From: Thermosulfurimonas dismutans | GTDB lineage: Bacteria > Desulfobacterota > Thermodesulfobacteria > Thermodesulfobacteriales > Thermodesulfobacteriaceae | Reading direction: 5' to 3' | Assembly (NCBI RefSeq): GCF_001652585.1 | Contig: NZ_LWLG01000004.1 | Coordinates: 30,001-62,000 of the forward strand | DNA: 32,000 bases | Shown: piece after piece, positions 8,626 to 17,498 of the stretch | Numbering within the stretch: position 1 is the first letter of the stretch | How the letters are laid out: every line of letters starts with the position of its first letter | Made by a program: the position numbers and the translations under genes | Notes under the pieces: generated by a model | What the model was told of the DNA's origin: nothing | The model's input: the letters and a program-made list of their open reading frames with translations, nothing else | The model's database searches: none

Positions 8626-8659
8626 TTTCGGGAAGATCGACCCCCTACCCTTCCCGAAA
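8626..8659 (-). other. Perfect 10-bp inverted repeat (hairpin or protein-binding palindrome) between the DUF362 gene and the Smr gene
   Basis: TTTCGGGAAG (8626-8635), 14 nt, then CTTCCCGAAA (8650-8659). No U-tract follows on the minus strand, so a classical terminator is doubtful. Confidence 0.3.
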
Positions 8660-8672
8660 TATTTAAGTAACC

Positions 8673-9794
8673 TCATTTCTCGAGTTTTATCAATTCATAT
8701 TTCCTTGATCCTAACCCGATTCTCTCTGCGTGTTCCAGTGTAATTTCCCAGTTTAATTGCGGATAGAGTCTCCGAAACTTGTCCTCGCCTGGAGCGACCT
8801 CACCCACTTTGGAACCTGGAAGCCCGGCCTCCTGATTTATCAGGTCAACACTAGCCTGATCAATGGCCACTGGGTCCTCCGAGGCTAGGATCCCGATGTC
8901 TCTTACCAAGGGGTAATCATTAAAAGGATAACAGTCGCAGGTTGGAGAGACCTGCAAAATGAAGTTCAGAAAAAAGGTCCGCCCCCTTTTGGTAGAAAGA
9001 AGGGCCGCAGCGTACTCCGCCATCTTTTTCATAAAAAGCTCGGCCTTCTCGTTCCACTGAACTTTAATAGCCTCTTGAGGACAAACCGCAATACACTCGC
9101 CGCAGCCTATACAGCGCTTTTCGTTTATGCGATAGCGGGGCTTCTTTACCCCCTCGACCGGCTCGGGAGCCTCCACCGGGCAGAACTCCCGGCAGGTACC
9201 GCAGGCCACACACCGTTTCTTGTCTATCTTAGGGGCCACTGTAGAATGTTGCTCTAGCTTACCCTTACGTGCGGCACACCCCATACCTACATTCTTTAGG
9301 GCCCCACCAAAGGCCGAAAGCTCGTGACCCTTGAAGTGCGTTAGCACCACCAGACCATCGGCCCTCACCACCTCCTTGGCCAGGTAGAACTCCTTGAGAA
9401 CCGGTAGGTCGAGCTCTACCTTCTCATAGGTGTTGCCCCTTAACCCGTCGGCGATGACAATTGGTGCTCCTACCACCGCAAAGTCAAAACCGTTTCGGAT
9501 AGCAGTCTCAAGATGAACTACAGAATCCGAACGGCTTCCTCGATAAAGGGTATTGGTATCTGTAAGGAAAGGTTTAGTTTCAAGCCCTTTTAGGTAATCT
9601 ACCACTCGGCGCACCCATTGGGGTCGAAGGTGGGCCAGGTTGCCGGCCTCTCCGAAATGAAGCTTCACCGCCACCAGAGCTCCCTTCCTAAACCGGCCTT
9701 GGAGTTTCAGGGCCTCAAGCAAGGCCTCCACCTTATCAAGAAGCGAACTCTTTTTCTTTAAATGGAGATCCACAAAATAAACCGGACTTGTCAT
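8673..9794 (-). CDS. DUF362-domain protein with an inserted 2x[4Fe-4S] ferredoxin domain
   Basis: A DUF362-like N-terminus (VAVKLHFGEAGNLAHLRPQWVRRVV...FLTDTNTLYRGSR) and two CxxCxxCxxxCP motifs (CVACGTCREFCP, CIGCGECIAVCP). I prefer the ATG at 9794 (GGAGG at 5 nt) over 9809. Confidence 0.8.
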   Translation of the reverse strand: MTSPVYFVDLHLKKKSSLLDKVEALLEALKLQGRFRKGALVAVKLHFGEAGNLAHLRPQWVRRVVDYLKGLETKPFLTDTNTLYRGSRSDSVVHLETAIRNGFDFAVVGAPIVIADGLRGNTYEKVELDLPVLKEFYLAKEVVRADGLVVLTHFKGHELSAFGGALKNVGMGCAARKGKLEQHSTVAPKIDKKRCVACGTCREFCPVEAPEPVEGVKKPRYRINEKRCIGCGECIAVCPQEAIKVQWNEKAELFMKKMAEYAAALLSTKRGRTFFLNFILQVSPTCDCYPFNDYPLVRDIGILASEDPVAIDQASVDLINQEAGLPGSKVGEVAPGEDKFRRLYPQLNWEITLEHAERIGLGSRKYELIKLEK

Positions 9795-9823
9795 CTCCCC
9801 CTCCATCATTTTTAATTAAAGCC

Positions 9824-10801
9824 ATGGAAGCCGAGGATCGCAAGCTTTTAACCCTGGTGCAGAAGGATTTTCCCCTGGTCAAGCGTCCTTATTCGGCTTT
9901 GGCCGAGGCTCTCGGGCTTCCGGAAGAAAATATCATCGCCAGGCTCAGGAGACTCACCGAGGCCGGTATCCTACGCCAGATCGGGGCCATATTCAACCCC
10001 AAGGCCTTGGGCTACCGGACCACCTTAGTGGCCTTCAGGGTACCGGAAGACAGGGAGGAGGAAGCCGCCCGAGTCATAAGCCAGCATCCGGGGGTGAGTC
10101 ACAACTATCTACGGGATCACTGTTTCAACTTCTGGTTCACGCTGGCGGTGCCTCCGGGAAAAGACCTTGAAGCGGAAGTAAAAAGACTGGCTGAGGAGGC
10201 CGGTGCCGAAGGCTATCTCGTTTTGCCTATCAAACGGGTTTTTCGAATTGCGGTGATTTTCGACCTCGAGGATGGACAGACCGGGGATGGAAATTTCGCC
10301 TACGAAGGCGTTTCCGGGAAGCCGGATAAACGGACGATAAAATTGGTCCGGGCCACCCAGGAGCCCCTACCTCTGGCTCCCAGGCCTTTTCTTGAGGTGG
10401 CCAGGAAGGCGGAGGTTTCCGAAGAGGAACTTCTTTCCTGGATAAAGGAAATGCTCAAGAAAGGGGTTATGCGTCGATTTGCCGGACTGGTGCGCCATCA
10501 CCGGGCGGGTTTCAAGGAAAATGTCATGGTGGCCTGGAAGGTGCCGGAATCACGAATAGAAGAGATCGGGCAGGCCCTAGCTCAGGAACCCGGCATCACC
10601 CATTGCTACGAAAGACAAAGTTATCCCGAGTGGCCCTATAACCTTTACACTATGCTCCACGCGATAGAAGACGCGGAAGGAAGACTTAAAGAGATCTCGC
10701 ACAAGTACGAACTTTCTGATTTCGTAGCCCTTAAAACCCTTAAGGAATACAAGAAGATCCGGCTTAAGCTCTTCCTGGAGGAAACCGCAGAAAGTTCCTG
10801 A
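9824..10801 (+). CDS. ahbAB: Siroheme decarboxylase, fused AhbA/AhbB (NirD/L-like, Lrp/AsnC-type) two-module protein
   Basis: Two tandem modules each have an N-terminal HTH-like segment ([19 protein letters not shown]... and [17 protein letters not shown]...) followed by an AsnC-type domain (GVSHNYLR / GITHCYER). The ATG at 9824 is preferred over the TTG at 9788. Confidence 0.78.
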   Translation: MEAEDRKLLTLVQKDFPLVKRPYSALAEALGLPEENIIARLRRLTEAGILRQIGAIFNPKALGYRTTLVAFRVPEDREEEAARVISQHPGVSHNYLRDHCFNFWFTLAVPPGKDLEAEVKRLAEEAGAEGYLVLPIKRVFRIAVIFDLEDGQTGDGNFAYEGVSGKPDKRTIKLVRATQEPLPLAPRPFLEVARKAEVSEEELLSWIKEMLKKGVMRRFAGLVRHHRAGFKENVMVAWKVPESRIEEIGQALAQEPGITHCYERQSYPEWPYNLYTMLHAIEDAEGRLKEISHKYELSDFVALKTLKEYKKIRLKLFLEETAESS

Positions 10802-11429
10802 GAATCACCACCCCCTCGGGCAGGTCATCGGAAAGGAAGTCCCAGTCTCGTGGAGGCTTTGATAGGCGTTTCCAGGCGTAAAGCGAAGTCCCAATAGATT
10901 CGGGATGGAACTGGACGCCCTCGATAGGATATTCCTTATGCCTTACGCCCATGATCTCGCCGTCCTCAGCCCGGGCGGTGATTTCTAGACAATCGGGAAG
11001 GCTTTTCTCCTCGATGGCCAGCGAATGGTAGCGCATGGCCTCGAAGGGGCTGGGCAGGCCCGCAAAGACCCCCCTGCCGTCGTGGGTAATTTCGGAGGTC
11101 TTACCGTGCATGAGGCGTTTGGCCGAAACAATACGGCCGCCAAAGGCCTCTCCAATACACTGGTGTCCTAGACAAACCCCCAGAATGGGGACTCTTCCGG
11201 CAAAGTGCTTTATCAGGGCCACGGAAATCCCGGCCTTTTTAGGGGTACAAGGTCCCGGAGAAATTATAATATGGGTGGGCTCCAGACCTTCGGCCTTTTT
11301 GAGATCTATTTCATCATTTCGAAAGACTAGAATTTCGCTTCCCTGAAAAAGCTTAGCCAACATCACCCCTAGAAGCTGAACCAGGTTGTAAGTGAAGGAA
11401 TCATAGTTGTCTATGACTAGGAGGCGCAT
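10764..11429 (-). CDS. trpG: Anthranilate synthase component II (glutamine amidotransferase; the TrpG/PabA function is not separable here)
   Basis: A class-I GATase triad context (GVCLGHQ, VQFHPES). It lies immediately downstream of trpE. There is an unusual insertion of about 24 aa before the C-terminal LRNFL. Confidence 0.85.
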   Translation of the reverse strand: MRLLVIDNYDSFTYNLVQLLGVMLAKLFQGSEILVFRNDEIDLKKAEGLEPTHIIISPGPCTPKKAGISVALIKHFAGRVPILGVCLGHQCIGEAFGGRIVSAKRLMHGKTSEITHDGRGVFAGLPSPFEAMRYHSLAIEEKSLPDCLEITARAEDGEIMGVRHKEYPIEGVQFHPESIGTSLYAWKRLSKPPRDWDFLSDDLPEGVVILRNFLRFPPGRA

Positions 11430-11432
11430 GTT

Positions 11433-12917
11433 CTAAACCACCCCCTTTTTCACCATCTCCAGGGCCTTCATCATGCCCCGGGCCTTGTTAAGCGTTTCCT
11501 CATATTCTCGTTCCGGATCGGAGTCGGCCACAATCCCAGCCCCGGCCTGAAGATAGAGCTGATCTCCCTTCTGGAAAAGGGTCCGAATGGTAATACAAAG
11601 GTCCATGTTTCCGGAGAACCCGAAATAACCTACGGCTCCAGCGTAGGGACCGCGTTTGGTAGGCTCGAGTTCTTCGATGATCTCCATAGCCCGGATTTTC
11701 GGAGCCCCGGAGACCGTGCCCGCCGGAAAGGCGGCCCGGAAGACATCAAACATGTCCTTGTCCGGAGAAAGTTCTCCCCTTACTCCAGAAACCAAATGCA
11801 TGACATGGGAATAGCGTTCGATCACCATGAGTTCATACACATCTACACTTCCATAGGTACAAACCCGCCCGAGGTCGTTGCGTCCAAGATCAACCAGCAT
11901 CAGGTGCTCGGCTCTCTCCTTGGGATCGTGCAGTAGATCCTCGGCCAGGGCTACATCCTCGGTCTCTGTGCGTCCACGGGGACGAGTACCAGCAATGGGA
12001 CGGGTCTCCACCTGACGATCCTCGACCCGCACCAAGATTTCCGGAGAAGAGCCAATCAAGGTTTCGTCGGCCATTCTCAGGAAAAAGAGATAGGGCGAAG
12101 GATTGATTTTTCTCAGGGCCCGGTAAATAGCAAAGGGCGGAAGGTGAGAACGCCCAGAGAAACGCTGGGAGAGGACCACCTGAATGACATCCCCTGCAGC
12201 GATGTAGTCCTTAGCCCGTCGGACCATCTCCTTGAATTGTTCCTTTTCGATTTCAGGCCTAAGCTCTACCTCCTCGCGCCCCTCAACCACCGGAGGATAA
12301 ATCAAAGGCCCCCGCACGCGGGCCACTGTAGCCGCAAGCTCGGCCCGGGCTCGCTCATAAAGGGCCTCCAGAGAAATTCCAGGCTCTATTCGGGCATTAT
12401 AAATAACCTGAAGGACATGTCGCAGACGATCATAGACCAGAAGGATCTCAGGGAACATGAAATGAAGGTCCGAAAAGCCGGCCGTGTCCGGGGAGAAATC
12501 AGGAAGCCTTTCTATGAAACGGATCATGTCGTAGGAGATGAATCCTACCGCCCCTCCGAAGAATCTAGGCAACTCTGGAAGCGAGGCTGGTCGAAAACGA
12601 GAGAGGATTTCTTTTAGAGTTTCAAGCGGATCCTGCACCTCACGAGTAGTTTCTCCGTGTCGATCAAGAAGGGTGACCTGCCGCCCCTTAGACCGGAAGA
12701 CCAGAAATGGATTAAGCCCTATGAAACTGTAACGGGCCCATTTCTCTCCGCCTTCAAGGCTCTCTAGTAAGAAACCATAATGTCCAGTAAAAGCTTTGTA
12801 GAAAAGCGAAATCGGCGTCTCGAGATCCACTAAAAGTTCGGTATAAACCGGAACAAGATTGGCCGTTTCAGCAAATCTTACAAACTCTCTTTTCGAAGGG
12901 AAAACCTCTGGGAACAT
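11433..12917 (-). CDS. trpE: Anthranilate synthase component I
   Basis: 494 aa with a chorismate-binding C-terminal domain (GAVGYFGFSGNMDLCITIRT, AGAGIVADSDPE) and the N-terminal LLES-X10-S Trp-feedback motif (FLLESLEGGEKWARYS). Confidence 0.9.
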   Translation of the reverse strand: MFPEVFPSKREFVRFAETANLVPVYTELLVDLETPISLFYKAFTGHYGFLLESLEGGEKWARYSFIGLNPFLVFRSKGRQVTLLDRHGETTREVQDPLETLKEILSRFRPASLPELPRFFGGAVGFISYDMIRFIERLPDFSPDTAGFSDLHFMFPEILLVYDRLRHVLQVIYNARIEPGISLEALYERARAELAATVARVRGPLIYPPVVEGREEVELRPEIEKEQFKEMVRRAKDYIAAGDVIQVVLSQRFSGRSHLPPFAIYRALRKINPSPYLFFLRMADETLIGSSPEILVRVEDRQVETRPIAGTRPRGRTETEDVALAEDLLHDPKERAEHLMLVDLGRNDLGRVCTYGSVDVYELMVIERYSHVMHLVSGVRGELSPDKDMFDVFRAAFPAGTVSGAPKIRAMEIIEELEPTKRGPYAGAVGYFGFSGNMDLCITIRTLFQKGDQLYLQAGAGIVADSDPEREYEETLNKARGMMKALEMVKKGVV

Positions 12918-12983
12918 TTTCCTCTATTTACTCGCTAATCTAGGTCTTGGCAAGGGCAGGCAAGATGAGTATTTTCTCGAACC

Positions 12984-13844
12984 ATGGATGCCATTTCAGA
13001 ATTTTTAGAAAAAGAGGCCGAACGGTTGCGAACCTGTTGGACGGCTTTTCTGTCTCCTTTTAAGGACCTAAAACTCCCTTTGCCCCCTATATATGCAGAA
13101 GAGTTCTCGCGTGCCGAAAAACTTTCTCCAGAGGAAAAGAAACACGTCCTTGCCAGCCTCCTTGAGGAAACACGGAAAATTCTTTCTTGGCTCTTGGCCC
13201 AAAAGGAAATAAGGGAAGCGATAGCGGTTAAAGGTCGTCTTACGGATCTGGAAGAAATTTTAACGCGCATTAAAGAACTAGAAGAGCAGGTCTATTATCT
13301 TAGAGAAGAACTCCTAAGAGATGAACTTACCAAACTATGGAACCGTCGAGCCTTGAACATATTTTTCCCAGAAGTCTTAGGCAAAATAGCCCATGGAAAA
13401 GAGCTTTACATCATGGTCTTTCTCGACCTTTGCGACTTAAAAAGAATAAACGACTTCTATGGACACAACATCGGAGACCGGATTATCATCCAGGCTGCCA
13501 AGAGGCTTAGGGTCTTCACTAAGAGAGTAGATGTTCCGGCAAGGATAGGGGGAGATGAATTCATACTCTTGCTGGCGGCCCATTCTTTAGAACGAGCCGA
13601 ACCCTTTCTGAAAGAATTAGTCTCCGAACCCATACGTTTGCCTTATAAGGAAGCCGTTATCGAAGCTTTTCTGGCTTGCGGAGCTACAGATATCTTAGGC
13701 GAGGACACCTTAGAAAGTTGTCTTCACCGGGCAGATTTAGCCATGTACAGACACAAAATCCAATTAAAAGATTGGTTAAAAAAGGGTAAGAAGGGAGCCT
13801 TTCCTTCACCTATTCTTCTGCGAGCCTTATCTAAAAACCTATGA
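12984..13844 (+). CDS. GGDEF-domain diguanylate cyclase with an N-terminal coiled-coil region
   Basis: The sequence LWNRRAL...FLDLCDLKRINDFYGHNIGD...RIGGDEFILL has an intact GGDEF motif. The I-site position reads KRVD rather than RxxD. Confidence 0.85.
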   Translation: MDAISEFLEKEAERLRTCWTAFLSPFKDLKLPLPPIYAEEFSRAEKLSPEEKKHVLASLLEETRKILSWLLAQKEIREAIAVKGRLTDLEEILTRIKELEEQVYYLREELLRDELTKLWNRRALNIFFPEVLGKIAHGKELYIMVFLDLCDLKRINDFYGHNIGDRIIIQAAKRLRVFTKRVDVPARIGGDEFILLLAAHSLERAEPFLKELVSEPIRLPYKEAVIEAFLACGATDILGEDTLESCLHRADLAMYRHKIQLKDWLKKGKKGAFPSPILLRALSKNL

Positions 13845-13856
13845 CAGAAGCGAACA

Positions 13857-16310
13857 ATGTCGGTATATAACCTAGATTTCTTATTTAAGCCCAAAAGGAT
13901 CGCAATTTTTGACGTCAAACCCGAGGAATCCTCACTAGGCTCACAAATCTTCAAAAATCTAATCTTACAGGGCTTCAAAGGCGGAGTTTATCCCATAAGT
14001 GAGCAAGAAGAGTCCATCTTTGGCATAGAACCCTACCCTGATTTGGCCAGTCTTCCGAGGCCCGTAGACCTAGCCATTCTTGCAGGGGAGCCCGAAAATT
14101 GGTGGTCACAATTAAAGGCCTGTGCGGCCAATAATGTCAAAGCCGTCGTCATTTTAGGGCTAGACTTTTCTGCTCGGACCGAAAATCCCTCAGCTTTTAT
14201 GGAAAAAATAGCCCAGTTTGCCCATGAAAGAAAAATTCGAGTTTTAGGCCCCAATACTTTAGGTTTTATCTGCCCCAGACTCAGGCTGAACGCCAGCTTG
14301 TTTCCTGGAAGTCTAACCCCTGGGAACCTGGCCTTCCTTTCAGATAGCGCTACTTTGGCTTACGCCATCTTGGACTGGGCCGAAGAAAAGAAGGTAGGAT
14401 TCAGTCTCTTTGCTTCGCTGGGAGAGAAAGCGGATGTAGATCTTTCGGATCTGATCGACTATCTAACTTTAGACCCTTACACCAAGGCTATCGTAGCTTA
14501 TATAAAAAACTTAAAAAGCGGCCGAAAATTTATAAGGGCCGCTCGGGCCTTTGCTCGGAACAAACCCATTGTCGTAGTAAAAGGGAAAAAACTGGGCTCT
14601 TCCCAAAATGCAGAAGAGACTTTGTCCCTTCTGGCCCAGGAAAATCTAGTCTATGACGCGGCCTTCAAAAGGGCGGGCGTAGTTCAAGTTGAAGAAATCT
14701 TAGAGCTCTTTTATCTGGCCGAGAGTCTTTCCAAACAACCCCGGCCCAAAGGCCCGCGGCTAGTCATAATAAGTAATGCCGGTGGTCCGGCCATGATCGC
14801 CGCTGAATACTTGCAACGTCTAGGGGGTACCTTAGCCAGGTTATCTCCTGAAACCACTAAAACTTTGCATGAACTATTGGGCCGTGAAATTCAAAACCCC
14901 ATTGACTTATTGTCTTCGGCCCCTCCTCACCTCTTTCGAGAAACCCTGAAAACTTGTTTAAAAGATAGCGAAGTAGATGGCGCTCTAGCAATTTTTACTC
15001 CCAGCTTAGAAGCCCCGGTAGAAGATTTTGCTTGGTCTATCGTAAGGGCCCACAAAGAAATACATTGGAAACCCGTCTTAGCCAGTCTTATGGGAGAAAA
15101 TAGGGTCTTGGAGGGTAGGCGAATCTTGGCCAAAGAAGGCATACCCAACTTTGTTAGTCCCACAGAAGCCGTCAAGAGCTTTGTTTATATGTATCGTTAC
15201 GATCACAATCTCCGTTTAATATCAGAGACTCCGGGGACTATATTAGAAGACTTTTCCCCTGACAAAACCTTGGTTAATAGCATTATTGAGAAGGCTACTA
15301 AGGAGAATCGCCTAATCTTAACCTTTGAGGAAGCGGCATCTATTTTACAAGCCTACGGCATAATTGGAAGATATAACAATTTATCGGATATACCCGTCTC
15401 TTTCTTTCTAGGCACTACTCGAGACCCCTCCTTTGGAGCTACCATCCTTTTTGGATTGGGGGGCTTTCTTTTGGAGCCGGAGAGAGATTATGCTATTGGC
15501 CTTCCGCCCTTAAATCAAACCCTAGCCCGAAGACTTCTTGAGGAAACCAAAATATACTGGCATCTAAAAAAGAACCTAAAGGTTCCCCTCTCTTTTCTGG
15601 AGGAACTACTAGTCCGCTTTTCTCATTTAATTGTAGACTTTCCAGAAATTAAGGAAGTATTTATTCCGGCCCTAGAAATATCACGCGATGAGATAAAAGC
15701 TCCGAAAGCGGAAATCCTTCTAGACGAAATTGCATTCAAACGAACCGACTTCAAAAAAGGCTATTTTTGCCCTACTCACTTAGCCATTTGTCCCTATCCT
15801 TCTCATTTCATTTTTGAAGCCTCTTTAAAGGATGGGACTCCAATCTTTATACGCCCTATTAAACCCGAAGATGAACCTCTTATGGCGGAGCTCTTTTATA
15901 CTCTTTCGGAAGAAACTATAAGGTTCCGTTTTCACCAGATCAAAAAGAGTATTTCTCATGAGGAACTAGTCCGATACTGCCAAATCGATTACGATCGCGA
16001 AATGGCCCTGGTAGCCGTCCAAAAAGAAAATGGCCGAGAGAAAATAATAGGCGTAGTGAGGCTCAACAAATATCCTGACGAAGAAACAGCTGAAATGGCC
16101 GTAGTGGTAGGAGATCCGTGGCAGGGCAAAGGCCTAGGCAAGATCCTTTCTGAAAAAATGCTTTCGGTGGCCAGAGATATGTACTTGAAACGCATTCGTA
16201 TGCACATTTTGAAAGAAAATGAAAAAATGCTCACCCTAGCCCAAAAGTTAGGTTTCAAACCTGTAGATTTAGAAGAAGACATAGTTCGAGTAGAAAAAAT
16301 CCTAAATTAA
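13857..16310 (+). CDS. Pat-type protein acetyltransferase: an ADP-forming acetyl-CoA synthetase-like (CoA-binding/ATP-grasp) region fused to a C-terminal GNAT domain
   Basis: 817 aa. The N-terminus has CoA-binding and succinyl-CoA-ligase-like segments (KRIAIFDV..., VLGPNTLGF). The C-terminal GNAT has an acetyl-CoA motif (VVVGDPWQGKGLGKIL). Confidence 0.82.
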   Translation: MSVYNLDFLFKPKRIAIFDVKPEESSLGSQIFKNLILQGFKGGVYPISEQEESIFGIEPYPDLASLPRPVDLAILAGEPENWWSQLKACAANNVKAVVILGLDFSARTENPSAFMEKIAQFAHERKIRVLGPNTLGFICPRLRLNASLFPGSLTPGNLAFLSDSATLAYAILDWAEEKKVGFSLFASLGEKADVDLSDLIDYLTLDPYTKAIVAYIKNLKSGRKFIRAARAFARNKPIVVVKGKKLGSSQNAEETLSLLAQENLVYDAAFKRAGVVQVEEILELFYLAESLSKQPRPKGPRLVIISNAGGPAMIAAEYLQRLGGTLARLSPETTKTLHELLGREIQNPIDLLSSAPPHLFRETLKTCLKDSEVDGALAIFTPSLEAPVEDFAWSIVRAHKEIHWKPVLASLMGENRVLEGRRILAKEGIPNFVSPTEAVKSFVYMYRYDHNLRLISETPGTILEDFSPDKTLVNSIIEKATKENRLILTFEEAASILQAYGIIGRYNNLSDIPVSFFLGTTRDPSFGATILFGLGGFLLEPERDYAIGLPPLNQTLARRLLEETKIYWHLKKNLKVPLSFLEELLVRFSHLIVDFPEIKEVFIPALEISRDEIKAPKAEILLDEIAFKRTDFKKGYFCPTHLAICPYPSHFIFEASLKDGTPIFIRPIKPEDEPLMAELFYTLSEETIRFRFHQIKKSISHEELVRYCQIDYDREMALVAVQKENGREKIIGVVRLNKYPDEETAEMAVVVGDPWQGKGLGKILSEKMLSVARDMYLKRIRMHILKENEKMLTLAQKLGFKPVDLEEDIVRVEKILN

Positions 16311-16321
16311 GGGGAGTGATT

Positions 16322-16849
16322 ATGGCTGAAAGTTTGAAAATTATACTGTCCCCAGAAGAAATTACTCAACGACTCAAAGAACTCGGAGAAGAAATTTCAA
16401 GAGAATACGAGGATAAACCCTTGGTTCTCATCGGCGTTTTAAAGGGGGCTTTCGTTTTCCTGGCCGACCTCATGCGGGTGCTGAGGCTTCCTCAGGTGGA
16501 GGTAGATTTTGTGCGTCTCAAAAGTTATGGTTTTTCGGACACCTCTACCGGTGAGGTCCAGATTACCAAAGATGTAGAACTTCCACTCAAGGGAAAACAT
16601 GTGCTGGTAGTGGAAGATATCGTGGATACAGGATATACCCTAGCCTACTTAAAAGATCACCTACTTCTGCATGAACCGGCTTCGGTGAAAATTTGCTGCT
16701 TCATTGATAAGGCCGAAAGAAGACAAATCCCGGTGGAGATTCATTTCAAGGCCTTCGAAATTCCCAAAGGCTTCCTAGTAGGCTACGGACTGGACTACGC
16801 TGAAAGATATAGACACCTACCCGGAGTCTATGAAGTCATTAAAAAGTAA
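16322..16849 (+). CDS. hpt: Hypoxanthine(-guanine) phosphoribosyltransferase
   Basis: The PRPP-binding motif VLVVEDIVDTGYTL and the GYGLDY motif. The ATG at 16322 has GGGGAG 5 nt upstream. The track start at 16316 is a GTG. Confidence 0.9.
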   Translation: MAESLKIILSPEEITQRLKELGEEISREYEDKPLVLIGVLKGAFVFLADLMRVLRLPQVEVDFVRLKSYGFSDTSTGEVQITKDVELPLKGKHVLVVEDIVDTGYTLAYLKDHLLLHEPASVKICCFIDKAERRQIPVEIHFKAFEIPKGFLVGYGLDYAERYRHLPGVYEVIKK

Positions 16850-16853
16850 AAAA

Positions 16854-16874
16854 GGCCGGGCCTTTCGCCCGGCC
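16854..16874 (-). terminator. Rho-independent terminator (a GC hairpin shared by convergent genes, with a U-tract only on the minus-strand transcript)
   Basis: GGCCGGGC-CTTTC-GCCCGGCC, a perfect 8-bp stem. The minus-strand transcript continues with TTTTTTACTTTTT, while the plus strand has no T-run after the stem. Confidence 0.6.
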
Positions 16875-16891
16875 GAATTCGTCTCCTAAAC

Positions 16892-17071
16892 TTACCACCA
16901 GCTTATGGTCTTGTCGGCCTCCCAGATCATTTGAATAAGCTTATCGTAGTCGGCGTCATCTTTAGCTTCGTAAAGTTTGAACTCCATAGCCTCATTACCC
17001 TCATTAAGTAGGGAGACCAACTTCTGAACCTCTTCATTTGGTTCACTACGATATACATGCAGAATCTTCAT
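16892..17071 (-). CDS. Small conserved hypothetical protein, last gene of the yedE-tusA-dsrE cluster (chp2 position)
   Basis: 59 aa (MKILHVYRSEPNEEVQ...ISWW). AGGAGG lies 6 nt upstream of the ATG at 17071, and the terminator follows. I do not recognise a function. Confidence 0.6.
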   Translation of the reverse strand: MKILHVYRSEPNEEVQKLVSLLNEGNEAMEFKLYEAKDDADYDKLIQMIWEADKTISWW

Positions 17072-17108
17072 TTTCAACCTCCTGGTTCAGAATTTTAGAA
17101 AGCCGGAA

Positions 17109-17474
17109 TTAATCCGCGCAGGCTGGAGGCGGAGCATGTTTCTGTTTAGGAAGACCGTAACCAATGATCACATCCGCTTCCTTCAACCTCTGGGCCAGCT
17201 CTTCAAGGGTGATAGCCGTGAGGCCAACCTCATCCACATTATATTTTTTGGCTTCCTCATCCATAGTATCTACTACCGCAAAGACATCGCCTTCCATATC
17301 GCGGATCCAATCGATGTTCTCCTGAACGTACTCCGTAACCCGAGGCATCTTGTTATAGAAAACACATGTATGGGAATAATGATTTTCTACGGAAAGACCC
17401 AGTGTAGAGCGAATGCCATCCCCTATATACATCCGGTTAGCAATCAAAAAATAAACCTTAAGGGATTCCGCCAT
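17109..17474 (-). CDS. Conserved hypothetical protein (chp1 position), possibly DsrE/F-fold; it has a C-terminal PPPACAD tail
   Basis: 121 aa, with GGAGGG 4 nt upstream of the ATG. The N-terminal pattern (KVYFLIAN...GDGIRSTLGL) loosely resembles DsrE/DsrF family proteins. This is a weak call made by eye. Confidence 0.6.
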   Translation of the reverse strand: MAESLKVYFLIANRMYIGDGIRSTLGLSVENHYSHTCVFYNKMPRVTEYVQENIDWIRDMEGDVFAVVDTMDEEAKKYNVDEVGLTAITLEELAQRLKEADVIIGYGLPKQKHAPPPACAD

Positions 17475-17498
17475 TTTATCCCTCCTTTTCTGAAATTT

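Noticed and set aside
8197-8743. Two plus-strand ORFs (157 aa and 122 aa) opposite the Smr gene and the downstream intergenic region.
   Set aside because: They have no SD, R/G/S/P-rich composition and no motifs. The Smr-domain frame on the minus strand is clearly the coding one.
12144-12617. A 157-aa plus-strand ORF antisense to trpE.
   Set aside because: It lies opposite a full-length anthranilate synthase I with all conserved motifs. It is an antisense artefact.
12918-12983. A possible trp leader peptide or attenuator upstream of trpE.
   Set aside because: I looked for a short ORF with tandem Trp codons and for alternative terminator/antiterminator hairpins. The 66-bp region contains neither.
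12935-13270. A 111-aa minus-strand ORF overlapping the 5' part of the GGDEF gene.
   Set aside because: It has S/R-rich antisense-type composition and no SD. The plus-strand frame continues without interruption into a canonical GGDEF domain.
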